64,000 nucleotides of DNA from Steroidobacteraceae bacterium (GCA_049518595.1 JBEKRP010000006.1:31994-95993); one strand, 5' to 3'; positions 31,478 through 39,708 are shown, counted from the stretch's first letter. Notes: generated from the letters alone by a model not told the origin. Made by a program: numbers and translations.

Positions 31478-33039
31478 ACGCGGGACTTTGCGCGACGGGC
31501 GGCCCGCAGCCGGATGGGGCCGCAATACACGACCCGGGACTTGGCGAGCTCAAGCTCGTGCGTCGCGCCTCGCGGCCATTCATCACGATGATGCGTCGCT
31601 ATCACTACCGTGACACCAGCTTCCCAAGCCTGTTGCACCAGCGAGCGCAGACTGGTGCGCGTACGTGCATCCACTCCCGCATGCGGCTCATCGAGCAGCA
31701 GCATAGCAGGCTCGTGTACCAGTGCACGCGCGAACAGCACGCGCCGCAGCTGTCCGTAGGACAGCTCGCGTATGGGTCGTGCTGCCAGCGTGGCCGCGCC
31801 GACCCGACGCAGCGCGCTTCTGGCCCGAGTTCGCTGCGCGGCGGTGAGATTCACATTGAGCCCGACACTAGCATGCAGCCCCGAGGTGACAACCTCCTCG
31901 ACGCGCAGATAGCGTGGCTGCAGCGTCTGCAGCTCCGGGGTCACCAACCCCACGCGACGCTTGAACCGGTCGAGCGGCACGCCGCTGTCAATGCCGGCAC
32001 GGGCGATCGAGCCGCCGCTGGCCGCACTCAAATCTCCATGCAGCAGCTGAATAAAGCTCGACTTGCCGCTGCCGTTGGCGCCGTGCACGACCCAGCAATC
32101 ACCGCGTCGAATCTGCAGCGTAAGATCTCGGAGCGCCGCGACACCCTCACGCCAGACCGAGGCATGGCGCAGTGCGATGAGCACATCGGCTGTGCCGGAG
32201 ATGGCCGACGCCTGCGCGACATCATGCGCTGGCGGCAACGGTGCCGATGCGGCTGCAGTGATCGCCGTGCGCGCCACGACCGCCGTGCCCAAGGCGCGGC
32301 GAGCACGCGCACCAAGGCGAGCCTGCATGGTGATCCGCCCGGCCTCGAGCCGGCACAGGTGGGTCGCGAGCGCCGGAATATCCTCTGCGCGATGCGACGT
32401 CAGCACCCACGGCAGCGAGGATCGACTGAGCAGGCGCAGGCAATGCTGAACACGCTCGCGATTTCGAGCATCGAGACCATTGAAGATTTCATCGAGCAGC
32501 AGCAGCTTCGGCGCCCAGGCCAGCGCCCGCGCCAGCAGCACCAGGCGGCGCTCCCCGTAGGACAGCGTCAGAAAACGACGTTGCGCGAGCGCATCGATCC
32601 GCAGGCGACGCATTAGTTGCCCGATGCATTGGCGAGCGCGAGGCGTGAGGGGCGCAAGCGGAATGTCGGTGCGATGCAGTCCGGTGCCAACGATTGCGTC
32701 GACGCGATGATTCCATTCGTAGTGCTCGTAACGGTCCTGCCGTTCCGCACCCAGATAGGCGATCTCCTGCTTGATGCCGTACGGATCCTCGAACGTCTCG
32801 CCACGATAGTGGTATCGCCGGGCCTGGGCGCTCGCGGGGCTCGGCCACACGTCTCCGGCCAGCAGCTTCAGCAGCTGCGTTTTGCCCGCAGCGTTCGGGC
32901 CCATGAGCACCCAGCGCTGCCCGGGGCGAATGCGCCAGTCAATGCCACGCAGCACCGGCTTGCCGGCCAGTGCCAAGCGCACATTCTGAAGATCGACACT
33001 GATAAACCGCGCGCGCCGGCGCGGGCGCTTGGCAGGCAA
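31474..33039 (-). CDS. ModF-like ABC ATPase with two nucleotide-binding domains and no membrane domain
   Basis: NBD1 has GPNAAGKT, LSYGERRLVLLARAL and LLLLDE. NBD2 has GANGSGKS, LSYGQLRRVLFARAL and LLLDEPHAGVD. Apparent TTG start at 33039. Confidence 0.85.
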   Translation of the reverse strand: MPAKRPRRRARFISVDLQNVRLALAGKPVLRGIDWRIRPGQRWVLMGPNAAGKTQLLKLLAGDVWPSPASAQARRYHYRGETFEDPYGIKQEIAYLGAERQDRYEHYEWNHRVDAIVGTGLHRTDIPLAPLTPRARQCIGQLMRRLRIDALAQRRFLTLSYGERRLVLLARALAWAPKLLLLDEIFNGLDARNRERVQHCLRLLSRSSLPWVLTSHRAEDIPALATHLCRLEAGRITMQARLGARARRALGTAVVARTAITAAASAPLPPAHDVAQASAISGTADVLIALRHASVWREGVAALRDLTLQIRRGDCWVVHGANGSGKSSFIQLLHGDLSAASGGSIARAGIDSGVPLDRFKRRVGLVTPELQTLQPRYLRVEEVVTSGLHASVGLNVNLTAAQRTRARSALRRVGAATLAARPIRELSYGQLRRVLFARALVHEPAMLLLDEPHAGVDARTRTSLRSLVQQAWEAGVTVVIATHHRDEWPRGATHELELAKSRVVYCGPIRLRAARRAKSRV

Positions 33040-33133
33040 AACCGCGGCATCCCCTGGGCTCTTCTGTATGAACCTTCACTTTAGCATCGGGCGAGGCGCT
33101 GAAAGTCTTATAGGCTCGGCGACGGCCGGAGGC

Positions 33134-33205
33134 AAAAAAAACGCTGCCGACATTCGGCGCTCACCGCGGGGGGGGTGTGAGATGAGCGCTATTGCCGGCA
33201 GCGTT
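33134..33205 (-). terminator. Rho-independent terminator (interrupted 17-bp hairpin followed by U8)
   Basis: Minus strand reads AACGCUGCCG-gcaaua-GCGCUCA-ucucacaCCCCCCCCgcgg-UGAGCGC-cgaaugu-CGGCAGCGUU-UUUUUU. The T-run is present only on the minus strand. Confidence 0.8.
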
Positions 33206-33251
33206 GCCGTTGGCCTAAACAGGCCGCACTTGCAGACGAAACCGCCTGTTG
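33134..33251 (-). ncRNA. Candidate sigma-54-dependent small RNA or terminator-gated 5' leader (about 118 nt)
   Basis: The interval is bounded by a -24/-12 promoter (33277..33262) and the terminator (33205..33134). It folds almost entirely into two hairpins (33249..33219 and 33205..33140). No credible ORF is present. Confidence 0.35.
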
Positions 33252-33261
33252 TTTCGATCAA

Positions 33262-33277
33262 TGCAACCCATATGCCA
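33262..33277 (-). promoter_or_regulatory. Sigma-54 (RpoN) -24/-12 promoter element
   Basis: The minus strand reads cTGGCAT-ATGGG-TTGCAt, against the consensus TGGCAC-N5-TTGCW. The GG and GC dinucleotides are spaced correctly. Confidence 0.6.
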
Positions 33278-33622
33278 GTCCTCGGGTGCCCGGCTTCCGG
33301 ACACCCGATCGGCTCTCGAAATCCAGGTTTTCTTTTAGTTTATAAGGATTTGCGCTACATCGCAGGGCCGCTGCCGGCCGTGTGCGTGCGGCCTGCCCGG
33401 CGCCGGCACATTGAACCTGCACGGCGCAATGCGACAGATCGGCGCACCATTGCGGGGAATCAAAGCCTTGCGGTCTGCCGGACCAGCGTGGATCTGTGCG
33501 GCTCGGGTTGACTCAGTCGGCGGGCGCCGACAGCCGATAGCGCCACCCGTGGAGGTCAGCCCCCACGGTCTGCGCTCTATGCTGCCTACTCCACAACACG
33601 GGCCCCTACCGGCGGAAGCATC

Positions 33623-33826
33623 ATGAGCGAGCATACCGACAAGCGTCCGCGCAAGAATCGCAAGCCACAAGGGAATGAAACCGTCCAGGGCGAAGGCGAT
33701 TACCAGGCAGCACGCCGCTATCGCCGGGAGGTTACGGACTTCGTTGGCCGGGACCGTTCCAAAGGTGACGATGCGGCCGACCCGGGGATCATGTATCCGG
33801 GACGCAAACCCGCCACGGGCCGCTGA
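33623..33826 (+). CDS. Small hypothetical protein (67 aa) with GEGDYxAARRY motif
   Basis: MSEHTDKRPRKNRKP..VQGEGDYQAARRYRREVTDFV.. resembles small conserved stress-associated proteobacterial proteins as I recall them. A weak GGAAG lies 5 nt upstream of the ATG. The C-terminal half looks non-homologous. Confidence 0.4.
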   Translation: MSEHTDKRPRKNRKPQGNETVQGEGDYQAARRYRREVTDFVGRDRSKGDDAADPGIMYPGRKPATGR

Positions 33827-33910
33827 ACCGAACACGTCTTTGACCGCAGCTTGATGAATTTTTGCGTCGCCACTGCTGGCTCGAGAGATCAAGTGGTCGG
33901 ACTGATCCGG

Positions 33911-34414
33911 TCAGCGCAATGCCGCACTTGGATGGCTTCTGTGATTGGCGACGGCTGCGGCGCCGCCCTGGCAGCGCACGCTCTCGCGCATGCTCGCGAG
34001 TCCTTCGGCGTGTTCCTGTTCGACGCTCAGTATCCGTTCGATCAGCCGCCGCGTCGCGGTGTCGTGCCCGCCCAGATAGCGGAGGATTTCGCGATAGGTG
34101 TCGATCGCAATGCGCGCGGCGATCTGATCCGAATGGCTCTGCTCTTGCTGCGCACGCTTCATGAATTCATTCTTGACCGCATCGGCCACCGCTTGGGTGT
34201 CCATGACGGCATAGCGCCGGTAGCGAAGCGCACAAACGAGTGCGGTGGCGAGCGCCGCATTCAACAGTCGCAATACCGCCTCCCGGTCGGTGGCATGGCC
34301 CGCGGTCGCGGCGCCTTCCTCGATGTGCTGGCGCGGCCGCCGCCGGATCTCGGCTACGTTGCTCAGGAACGGATGAATCCGGTCGCGCCGAGGATTGGCC
34401 AGATATGCTGACAT
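33911..34414 (-). CDS. Ferritin-like/bacterioferritin-like domain protein, probably degenerate (one helix appears missing)
   Basis: ..RQHIEEGAATAGHATDREAVLRLLNAALATALVCALRYRRY...EFMKRAQQEQSHSDQIAARI|AIDTYREILRYLGGHDTATRRLIERILSVEQEHAEGL. Two ExxH motifs are present, but the segment between them is too short for a four-helix bundle. Confidence 0.55.
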   Translation of the reverse strand: MSAYLANPRRDRIHPFLSNVAEIRRRPRQHIEEGAATAGHATDREAVLRLLNAALATALVCALRYRRYAVMDTQAVADAVKNEFMKRAQQEQSHSDQIAARIAIDTYREILRYLGGHDTATRRLIERILSVEQEHAEGLASMRESVRCQGGAAAVANHRSHPSAALR

Positions 34415-34535
34415 CGTTGCGCATTCTCATTGCAGTGGCCGTTGATCGGAATGAGGGCGCTATCGAGCATGCCACTGTGTATTCGGCTATATTCTCGGCA
34501 GCGCGCGCCAGGCGCTGTAGGAACCAGCTCACAGC

Positions 34536-35963
34536 GTGCAGCCCATGCTAGTTTCCGGCCGTGTATCGAGGGCGATTGCGCTGGCGGTTGCATTTCTGAT
34601 GCTGGTGGCGCTGGTGGTCATCGCGGAGATCAACCAGAGCGGGCAGAAGCAGATCAACCGCATCATCAGTCTTTCGCAGCAGCGACAGGTGCTGCTGGTG
34701 GAATTGCTGAGCGAGCTGTCGGACGCTGAAGCCGGACAACGCGGATTTCTTCTGACCGACGACGAAAGTTATCTGCGACCCTATCAGGCGGCGCGCGACC
34801 GGGTTGAGCCGACGCTCGATCAACTTACCAATCTGTTCCGCGATAACGACCGGCTGCTCGTGAGCATCGAGCAGCGTGACGTCGTGCGTCATTTGCGCGT
34901 ATTGGTCGGCGCCAAGTTGGGCGAGCTCGCGGCCGCGCTGGCACTCCACAGCTCGCAGGGCGCGGAACGGGCCCTGGCGTTGATGCGCACTGACCTTGGC
35001 AGCCGCACCATGGGCGAGATTCGCGATGAAGCCTCGAAGCTGCGCAATATGGAACACGACGCGATCAGGGTAGCGCTCGCCCGCGCCGCGCGATTGCAGC
35101 TGGTCTCGCGCGCCCTGATGGGCGGTGTCGTGGTGCTCAATATCGCTCTGTTGATCCTCGCCGCGGCGCTGTGGGCGCGGCAGGCGCGCCGCCGCGTCGA
35201 GCTCACTGAACGGCTCGCGACTGAAAACGAGGAGCTGGAGCGGCGGGTACGGCGCCGGACGGCTGAGCTCTCGGCGCTGTCGAGCCACCTGCAGCGGCTG
35301 TCGGAGAAGGAAAAAGCGGCGCTAGCGCGTGAGCTGCACGATGAGCTTGGCGGCCTGCTGATCGCGGCAAAGATGGATGTCTCCTGGCTGCAGAAGCGCT
35401 TGCCCAATACCAACCCGGACATCCAGTCTCGCTGGACGCGGGTCAACAAGGCGCTCGACGACGGCGTCGGCTTCAAACGCCGCATCGTTGAAAACCTGCG
35501 TCCGACGCTGCTCGACAATATCGGCCTGGTGCCGGCAGTTCGGTGGATCACGCAGGAGACCTGCACGCGCGCCGGGCTGCATTACACCGAAGATTATCCT
35601 GAGCATGAGCCGCAGCTGATCGATGATGCTGCGATCATGGCCTTTCGGCTGGTGCAGGAATCGCTGGTCAATATCGTCAAGCACGCGCGCGCGACGCAGG
35701 TCCATGTCGAAATTGCCGTACAGGCCGATGAACTGATGATCCTGATCGAAGACAACGGCAGCGGCATCGACACCGACCGCCGCGAGGCGGTCGGCTCGCA
35801 CGGTCTGGCAACCATGCGCCATCGCGTGCGCAGTTTTGGCGGTACGCTCGAAATCGAGTCACCGCCGCAGGGTGGGACGAGGGTGCGCGCACGCGTACCG
35901 CGGGCGGTTATCGTGCAGGATCCGGGCACACACGCCATCCAGCCCGCGGCCAACGGCTACTAG
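34536..35963 (+). CDS. Sensor histidine kinase, CHASE3 extracytoplasmic domain plus HisKA_3/HATPase (NarX/DegS type)
   Basis: TM, a CHASE3-like region (..AEAGQRGFLLTDDESYLRPY..), TM, a coiled coil, the H-box ELHDELGG and an ATPase N/G boxes (..EDNGSGID.., ..GLATMRHRV..GG). Confidence 0.85.
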   Translation: MQPMLVSGRVSRAIALAVAFLMLVALVVIAEINQSGQKQINRIISLSQQRQVLLVELLSELSDAEAGQRGFLLTDDESYLRPYQAARDRVEPTLDQLTNLFRDNDRLLVSIEQRDVVRHLRVLVGAKLGELAAALALHSSQGAERALALMRTDLGSRTMGEIRDEASKLRNMEHDAIRVALARAARLQLVSRALMGGVVVLNIALLILAAALWARQARRRVELTERLATENEELERRVRRRTAELSALSSHLQRLSEKEKAALARELHDELGGLLIAAKMDVSWLQKRLPNTNPDIQSRWTRVNKALDDGVGFKRRIVENLRPTLLDNIGLVPAVRWITQETCTRAGLHYTEDYPEHEPQLIDDAAIMAFRLVQESLVNIVKHARATQVHVEIAVQADELMILIEDNGSGIDTDRREAVGSHGLATMRHRVRSFGGTLEIESPPQGGTRVRARVPRAVIVQDPGTHAIQPAANGY

Positions 35964-36022
35964 CGGCGTTACGCACGGAAGAGGGACATCCTGCGGCCGC
36001 GACTGCCGCCCCGACTGCGGCC

Positions 36023-36445
36023 CTACCCGGTTCCCTGGTGCGGATTGTCCCCGGCCGCATCATTGATGTCGGCCCCGATCTGCTGCAGCAGGGCCGGCAG
36101 GCGATCGAAGTCCCGCAGCTTGTCGAGGAAATGTCGCGCTCCGAGCGCTGCTGCAGCGCGGCGATATTCTGCCAGATCGTAATTGGTCAGCACGATGACG
36201 ACGACCTTCGCGGCCGGGCTGCCCGAAATCGCGCGCAGCACGCCGAAGCCTGTCCCCTGGCGCAGGTGCAGATCCAGCAATAGCACATCGACCGGGTGGC
36301 GCTGCAGGGCGGCCACCGCATCCGCCTCACTGTCCACAGTGCCCGCCAGCTGTACCCCAGGCACGCTTAGCAAAGTCTCACGCAGCCGCTCGGCGAGCAC
36401 CCGCGAATCTTCCACGAGCAGCACCGAGAGGTTGCGCGAAGTCAT
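36023..36445 (-). CDS. Single-domain response regulator (receiver only)
   Basis: ..LSVLLVEDS...DVLLLDLHL..G.GF......VIVLTN.. shows the CheY-like acidic pocket and phospho-Asp. There is no output domain. Confidence 0.8.
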   Translation of the reverse strand: MTSRNLSVLLVEDSRVLAERLRETLLSVPGVQLAGTVDSEADAVAALQRHPVDVLLLDLHLRQGTGFGVLRAISGSPAAKVVVIVLTNYDLAEYRRAAAALGARHFLDKLRDFDRLPALLQQIGADINDAAGDNPHQGTG

Positions 36446-36569
36446 CTGAGCCGAATCGAGAAACACAACGTGCGCGTCCATGAGCTTAGGATGATTGTGG
36501 TCTGCAGGCTACGAATTAGATTCGCGTAACGAAGCTAGCGCCATCGGAGATGGCCTACAGCGGCCCTCC

Positions 36570-37202
36570 CTATTGGATGATTCCGTTCCTGAGCGCGTAG
36601 GTCGTGATGTCGGCGTTGGTAGTCAGGCTCATCTTTTCCAGGATTCGAGTGCGATAGGTACTCACAGTCTTGACCGACAGGCACAGCTCATCGGCTATAG
36701 ACGAGACCGCCCGCCCCGTAGCGAGCTTGCAGAATATCTGGAACTCGCGTTCCGACAGGCGGCGATGCAGCGGCTGATCGCTGTCGCCGTCCAGATCCGA
36801 CAGCAGCAGCTCCGCCAGATTGGCGCTGACGTAGCGCCGCCCCTGCATCACCGTACGCGTCGCCTTCAGCAGCTCTTCGGGGGCGCACTCCTTGGGCAAA
36901 TAGCCCCCGGCGCCGGCCTTCAGCACGTTGATGGCATATTGCCGCTCCGGAAAGCCGCTGAGGACGAGCACCTTGGTGTCCGGATAGCTCGCTCGTATGT
37001 AGCGCAGGATATCGAGGCCACTGCGATCCGGCATATTGATGTCGAGGATCACCAGATCCCAGCTGCCGGCACGTAGTTTATCGAGCGTCTCATTGCCTGA
37101 GGCCGCCTCACCGATCTCGGTGATGCTGCGATCTTCCACCAGAAACTGGCGCAGGCCAGCTCGCACCATCGCGTGGTCATCGGCCAGCAATACTTTCGAC
37201 AT
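36570..37202 (-). CDS. NarL/FixJ-family response regulator (receiver plus LuxR HTH)
   Basis: MSKVLLADDH...DLVILDINMPDRSG...LSEREFQIFCKLATGRAVSSIADELCLSVKTVSTYRTRILEKM. Confidence 0.92.
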   Translation of the reverse strand: MSKVLLADDHAMVRAGLRQFLVEDRSITEIGEAASGNETLDKLRAGSWDLVILDINMPDRSGLDILRYIRASYPDTKVLVLSGFPERQYAINVLKAGAGGYLPKECAPEELLKATRTVMQGRRYVSANLAELLLSDLDGDSDQPLHRRLSEREFQIFCKLATGRAVSSIADELCLSVKTVSTYRTRILEKMSLTTNADITTYALRNGIIQ

Positions 37203-37226
37203 TGATTTACCTATCCCGATGGAACC

Positions 37227-38210
37227 TCAAGCATTTCTTGCGTGCGCTTCCATTCCCTGTTTTTGTCCATAAATTGCCAGTTTGTTATACAACGTTTTCA
37301 GGCTGCATCCCAGCGTCCTGGCGGCTCGATTCTTGTTGCCCGCCCAATGCGCCAGCGTCGCCTCGATCAGCCAGCGCTCCGCCTCCGCCAGCGACGATCC
37401 GATTGGCACACTAATGCCGTCGGCGGCGTCGTGCGCCGCGACACCATCGCTCGTCGCGGCGTGGAGGTTCATCGGCTGCAGCTGCAGCTCCTGTTCGTAC
37501 AGAATGTATGCGCGCTCGACCGCGTTCTTCAGTTCACGCACGTTGCCCGGCCAACGGTATTCTCGCAATGTCCGTTTTGCGCTGCCGCTGAACACCTTCG
37601 CAGTGTCGTGGCGTGCATTGATCTCATTCAGGAAATGTTCGGCGAGCAGCACAACATCCTCGCCACGCTCGCGCAATGGCGCCAGCGTGATCGGAAACAC
37701 GGCGAGGCGGTAGAGCAGATCCTCGCGCAAGCTGCCCTCCCGCACTGCCTGCACCGGCGAGCGATTGGTCGCCGCGACCACGCGCACGTCGGTCTTGATC
37801 TCCTGCGTGCCGCCGACTCGGAAGAAGCAGCGCGTCTCCAGGAATCGCAGCAGCCGCGTCTGCATATCGGCCCTCATCTCGGTCACTTCGTCGAGAAACA
37901 AGGTCCCACCGCAGGCTCGCTCTACCATGCCTGCGTGGCTGCGCGCGGCGCCGGTGAAGCTGCCGCGCTCAAAGCCAAACAGCTCCGACTCTATCAGCGT
38001 CGGCGGCAAGGCGCCGCAATTGATACCAAGAAAGGGCCCAGAGCCGCGCGCGCTGCGCGCATGAATCGCCTGCGCGACCAATTCCTTGCCTGAGCCACTC
38101 TCGCCGGAAATCAGTACCGTGGCGTCGGTCGGCGCCACCTTGTCCACCAGATCGCGGACCGCCTGAATAGCAGCCGAGCCGCCAACCATCCAATTTGCAA
38201 TATCATTCAT
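37227..38210 (-). CDS. Sigma-54-dependent transcriptional activator consisting only of AAA+ and Fis-type HTH domains (no sensory/receiver domain)
   Basis: GESGSGKELVAQAIH (Walker A), GSFTGA (GAFTGA loop variant), GTLFLDEV (Walker B), RWPGNVRELKN, and a C-terminal HTH ..GNKNRAARTLGCSLKTLYNKL. The AAA+ domain begins within about 15 residues of the N-terminus. Confidence 0.9.
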   Translation of the reverse strand: MNDIANWMVGGSAAIQAVRDLVDKVAPTDATVLISGESGSGKELVAQAIHARSARGSGPFLGINCGALPPTLIESELFGFERGSFTGAARSHAGMVERACGGTLFLDEVTEMRADMQTRLLRFLETRCFFRVGGTQEIKTDVRVVAATNRSPVQAVREGSLREDLLYRLAVFPITLAPLRERGEDVVLLAEHFLNEINARHDTAKVFSGSAKRTLREYRWPGNVRELKNAVERAYILYEQELQLQPMNLHAATSDGVAAHDAADGISVPIGSSLAEAERWLIEATLAHWAGNKNRAARTLGCSLKTLYNKLAIYGQKQGMEAHARNA

Positions 38211-38385
38211 TCCCGTCTCCAGCAATTCGTCGGGCGACGATCAGAGAGATCTGTGCCGCTAGTTGTAACGACTGGTGCCGCTTGGCTGCAGCAGCCCCGG
38301 ACTATCATGGCGTGGGACCATGAAAAATTTTCCGTCAGTGTTTGTCCTACAAGCGTGCTCCTGACCTGGTAGTCCGCACGCGCAC

Positions 38386-39530
38386 TTACGCTGTTTCCCG
38401 CACGCGATGCTTGAGGCGGAAAAATGGCATATCGACTCGATTCAGGAATTTCGATGAATTGAACTCGGTGCTGTTCACCATCACGACCGAACCGATGCCA
38501 GTCCGGGGATAGAGGCGCATCTCGCTATGAAAGCCCCCGCCGCCGCCCTCCTTGAATAAGTAGGCCACCCCGCGTGCTTCACCGACGTGCCATCCGAGCG
38601 TCATCGGGATGGGCTTTCCCCGGCGATCTGTCTGTCGACTCTCAAAGAGCCGTTTGGTCTCGGTTCCAAATAGAACTGACGTCGTCCGCAGCTGATCCTG
38701 CAAAAATTCTCCGAAGGCGTGGGCCGTCCCAACCAGCCCGCCAAAGGCCGGACCGTTGACGTAGTGGCTCTGCAGCCGCAGCCAGTTGCCTTCGTACTCG
38801 CCCCAGAGTTGCTTGTCCGTGATCAATCCCTTGAGCAGATTCAACAGTGAATACTTGGCCAGGTAACCATTGGCGTGGCGAGTTACATCGGGGACCGCAA
38901 AATCACTGTCCTGCACCGAGAGACGCAGCGGCTGCAGAATGTTGCATCGCACATAGTCCGAATACCTCTGCTTGGTCACCTGCTCCACAATCGTGCCCAG
39001 GAGCCAATAGCCAATATTGGAATAAGCAAACCTCTTGCCCGGTTCGGATGTCAATTTCGGGTGGCTGCGCAAGACTTTGGCAAGCGCCGCACGTTCGTCA
39101 AACGTGGGATTCTCTTCCGCCAAATGCACCCAGCGGAGCGGGATCGGATTGGGAATACCGGAAGTGTGGTCGAGCAGTTGTCGAGCAGTTGGCGAATAGT
39201 GATGCCGTGTCCGACGTACGTGCTGTCTGGCAGATATTCGTCAACCTCGTCGTCCAACGCCAAGGAGGCATGCTCCACCAATTGCAGAATTGCGGCAGCC
39301 GTGAACGTTTTGGTCATCGAGTACGCCATCAGCGTCGTAGCGGAAGTCATGGCCCTCTGGTTCCGGATGTCGGCCCAGCCGCCTGCATAGTCAAAGAGTG
39401 TTCCGGCCGCATGCACGACGACGTACTGAAGGCCTGCAACAGCTGAACCCGATACCTGATCTAAGAACCTGGTCAGGTTGGTCCTAGCAATCGGTCGATG
39501 GAACAATGGACCCCGCCGCTGAGCAGTCAT
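38386..39530 (-). pseudogene. Beta-lactamase-family serine hydrolase gene disrupted by an 11-bp tandem duplication (frameshift)
   Basis: The N-terminal ORF (39530..39051) carries SMTK (SxxK). The C-terminal ORF (..39129..38386) continues the family in another frame. Deleting one copy of TCGAGCAGTTG restores ..GITIRQLLDHTSGIPNPIPLRWVHLAEE.. and one 377-aa frame. Confidence 0.85.
39170..39191. repeat. Perfect 11-bp tandem duplication (TCGAGCAGTTG x2)
   Basis: Read directly: 39170-39180 is identical to 39181-39191. Confidence 0.95.
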
Positions 39531-39708
39531 AGGCACGGGTGATACAGATCGTGTATGCCGCCGTGCGCCCCTGACACCATCTTCAATGCAGCCGCGATCG
39601 TCGGCAAGGCCGACGCGGAGTCCTGCGTTCACGTGCGCGAGCGGATAAAAGGCTGATTGAGAAAGACTTCAATAAGAACGCGCGCCGGGCGCGGCCGCAC
39701 GTGCGCCG

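Noticed and set aside
33076-33261. 61-aa minus-strand ORF (MIETTGGFVCKCG...) inside the candidate sRNA/leader
   Set aside because: It needs a TTG start with no SD and reads through both arms and the U-tract of the terminator hairpin. The sequence is not protein-like.
33360-33620. Possible riboswitch (cobalamin, glycine, etc.) in the structured GC-rich segment upstream of the 67-aa ORF
   Set aside because: I compared it by eye with the conserved cores of the cobalamin, TPP and glycine elements on both strands. No B12 box or other diagnostic block was found in the right order. A covariance-model scan is needed before claiming anything.
33335-33892. 185-aa minus-strand ORF and the 160-aa plus-strand ORF 33029..33511 covering the non-coding region
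   Set aside because: Neither has family resemblance. They overlap each other, the small plus-strand ORF and the promoter/terminator elements, and the composition is atypical of coding sequence here.
38262-38278. TGGTGCCGCTTGGCT in the gap upstream of the sigma-54 activator gene
   Set aside because: The GG to GC spacing is two bases too short for a -24/-12 promoter. The element also faces the plus strand, where no gene follows.
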